Positions 63,251-64,000 of a stretch of DNA of 64,000 bases are shown in pieces. Position 1 is the stretch's first letter, and each line of letters begins with the position of its first letter. The notes below the pieces were generated by a model. That model saw only the letters and a list, made by a program, of their open reading frames with translations. It did not search any database and was not told the origin of the DNA. The DNA comes from Somniosus microcephalus (taxonomy: Eukaryota): positions 200,694,001-200,758,000 of the forward strand of contig CM126208.1 in the NCBI GenBank assembly GCA_052327205.1. Direction: 5' to 3'. Both the position numbers and the translations under genes were made by a program.

Positions 63251-64000
63251 GCTCCCCATTAGAACGGAGGACCGCCCATACACCGCCTTTGAGGCGAACG
63301 GACGCCTCTACCATTTTCTCAGAGTGCCCTTCGGGGTAACAAATGGGGTCTCGGTCTTCCAACGTGAGATGGACCGCATGGTTGACGAGAATAAACTAAA
63401 AGCTACCTACCCCTATCTGGACAATGTCACTATCTGCGGGCACAACCAGCAAGACCACGATCTAAATCTTGCGAGATTTTTAAAAACTGCCCTAAAGCTG
63501 AATCTAACCTACAACGAAGACAAATGTGTCTTCAACACAACCCGTCTCTGTATCCTCGGCTGTGTGGTGGAAGATGGGGTAATTGGACTGGACCCTGACC
63601 GATTACGCCCCCTAAAGGAACTGCCCATGCCACACAATCCCAAAGCTTTAAAAAGGTGCCTGGGATTTTTTTCGTATTATGCCCAATGGGTGCCCAATTA
63701 CTCTGATAAGGCCGACCCCTCATTAAATCGACGTCCTTCCCACTATCAGCTGAAGCTCGGGAGGCTTTCACCGGTATCAAACAGAACATTGAAAGGGCTG
63801 CACTGTGTGCAGTGGACGAAAGCATTCCCTTTCAAGTTGAAAGCGATGCGTCAGACTTTGCTTTAGCTGCGACCCTCAATCAGGGTGGGAGACCTGTGGC
63901 CTTCTTGTCCCGAACCCTTCAGGGACCTGAAATCAGGCACTCTTCTGTCGAGAAGGAGGCACAGGCTATAGTGGAGGCAGTGCGGCACTGGAGACACTAC
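63251..64000 (+). pseudogene. Gypsy pol continued (RT C-terminal half and RNase H), runs off the window
   Basis: LPIRTEDRPYTAFE...VPFGVTNGVSVFQ...YLDNV, then FQVESDASDFALAATLNQ...EKEAQAIVEAVRHW. Confidence 0.9.

Overview
Eukaryotic vertebrate DNA, and the repeat content suggests a cartilaginous fish such as a shark. The only host gene is TAF2 (TFIID subunit 2) on the minus strand. Six phase-compatible coding exons (55203-55272, 37188-37297, 18864-19093, 14927-15082, 13083-13188, 12251-12516) end in the His/Lys-rich C-terminal tail, and the upstream exons lie beyond the window. The introns and the downstream flank are filled with nested transposable elements: many CR1 LINEs (one near-intact, with an SGNH-esterase ORF1), L2 remnants, two Penelope fragments with hammerhead-like motifs, a Deu-type SINE, hAT, Tigger and Harbinger MITEs, a decayed Harbinger and a Gypsy LTR element. 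The most notable observations are: (1) two head-to-tail dimeric non-autonomous Helitrons carrying promoter-like motifs, an intron and different G-rich minisatellites, inverted around one TAF2 exon; (2) a Gypsy element with no tRNA primer-binding site, whose PBS position is instead complementary to its own LTR poly(A) signal; (3) a candidate stop-containing cassette exon with a GC donor just before the last TAF2 exon; (4) a SINE tail that forms a TAF2 splice acceptor. Homology calls come from recalled motifs, not database searches.
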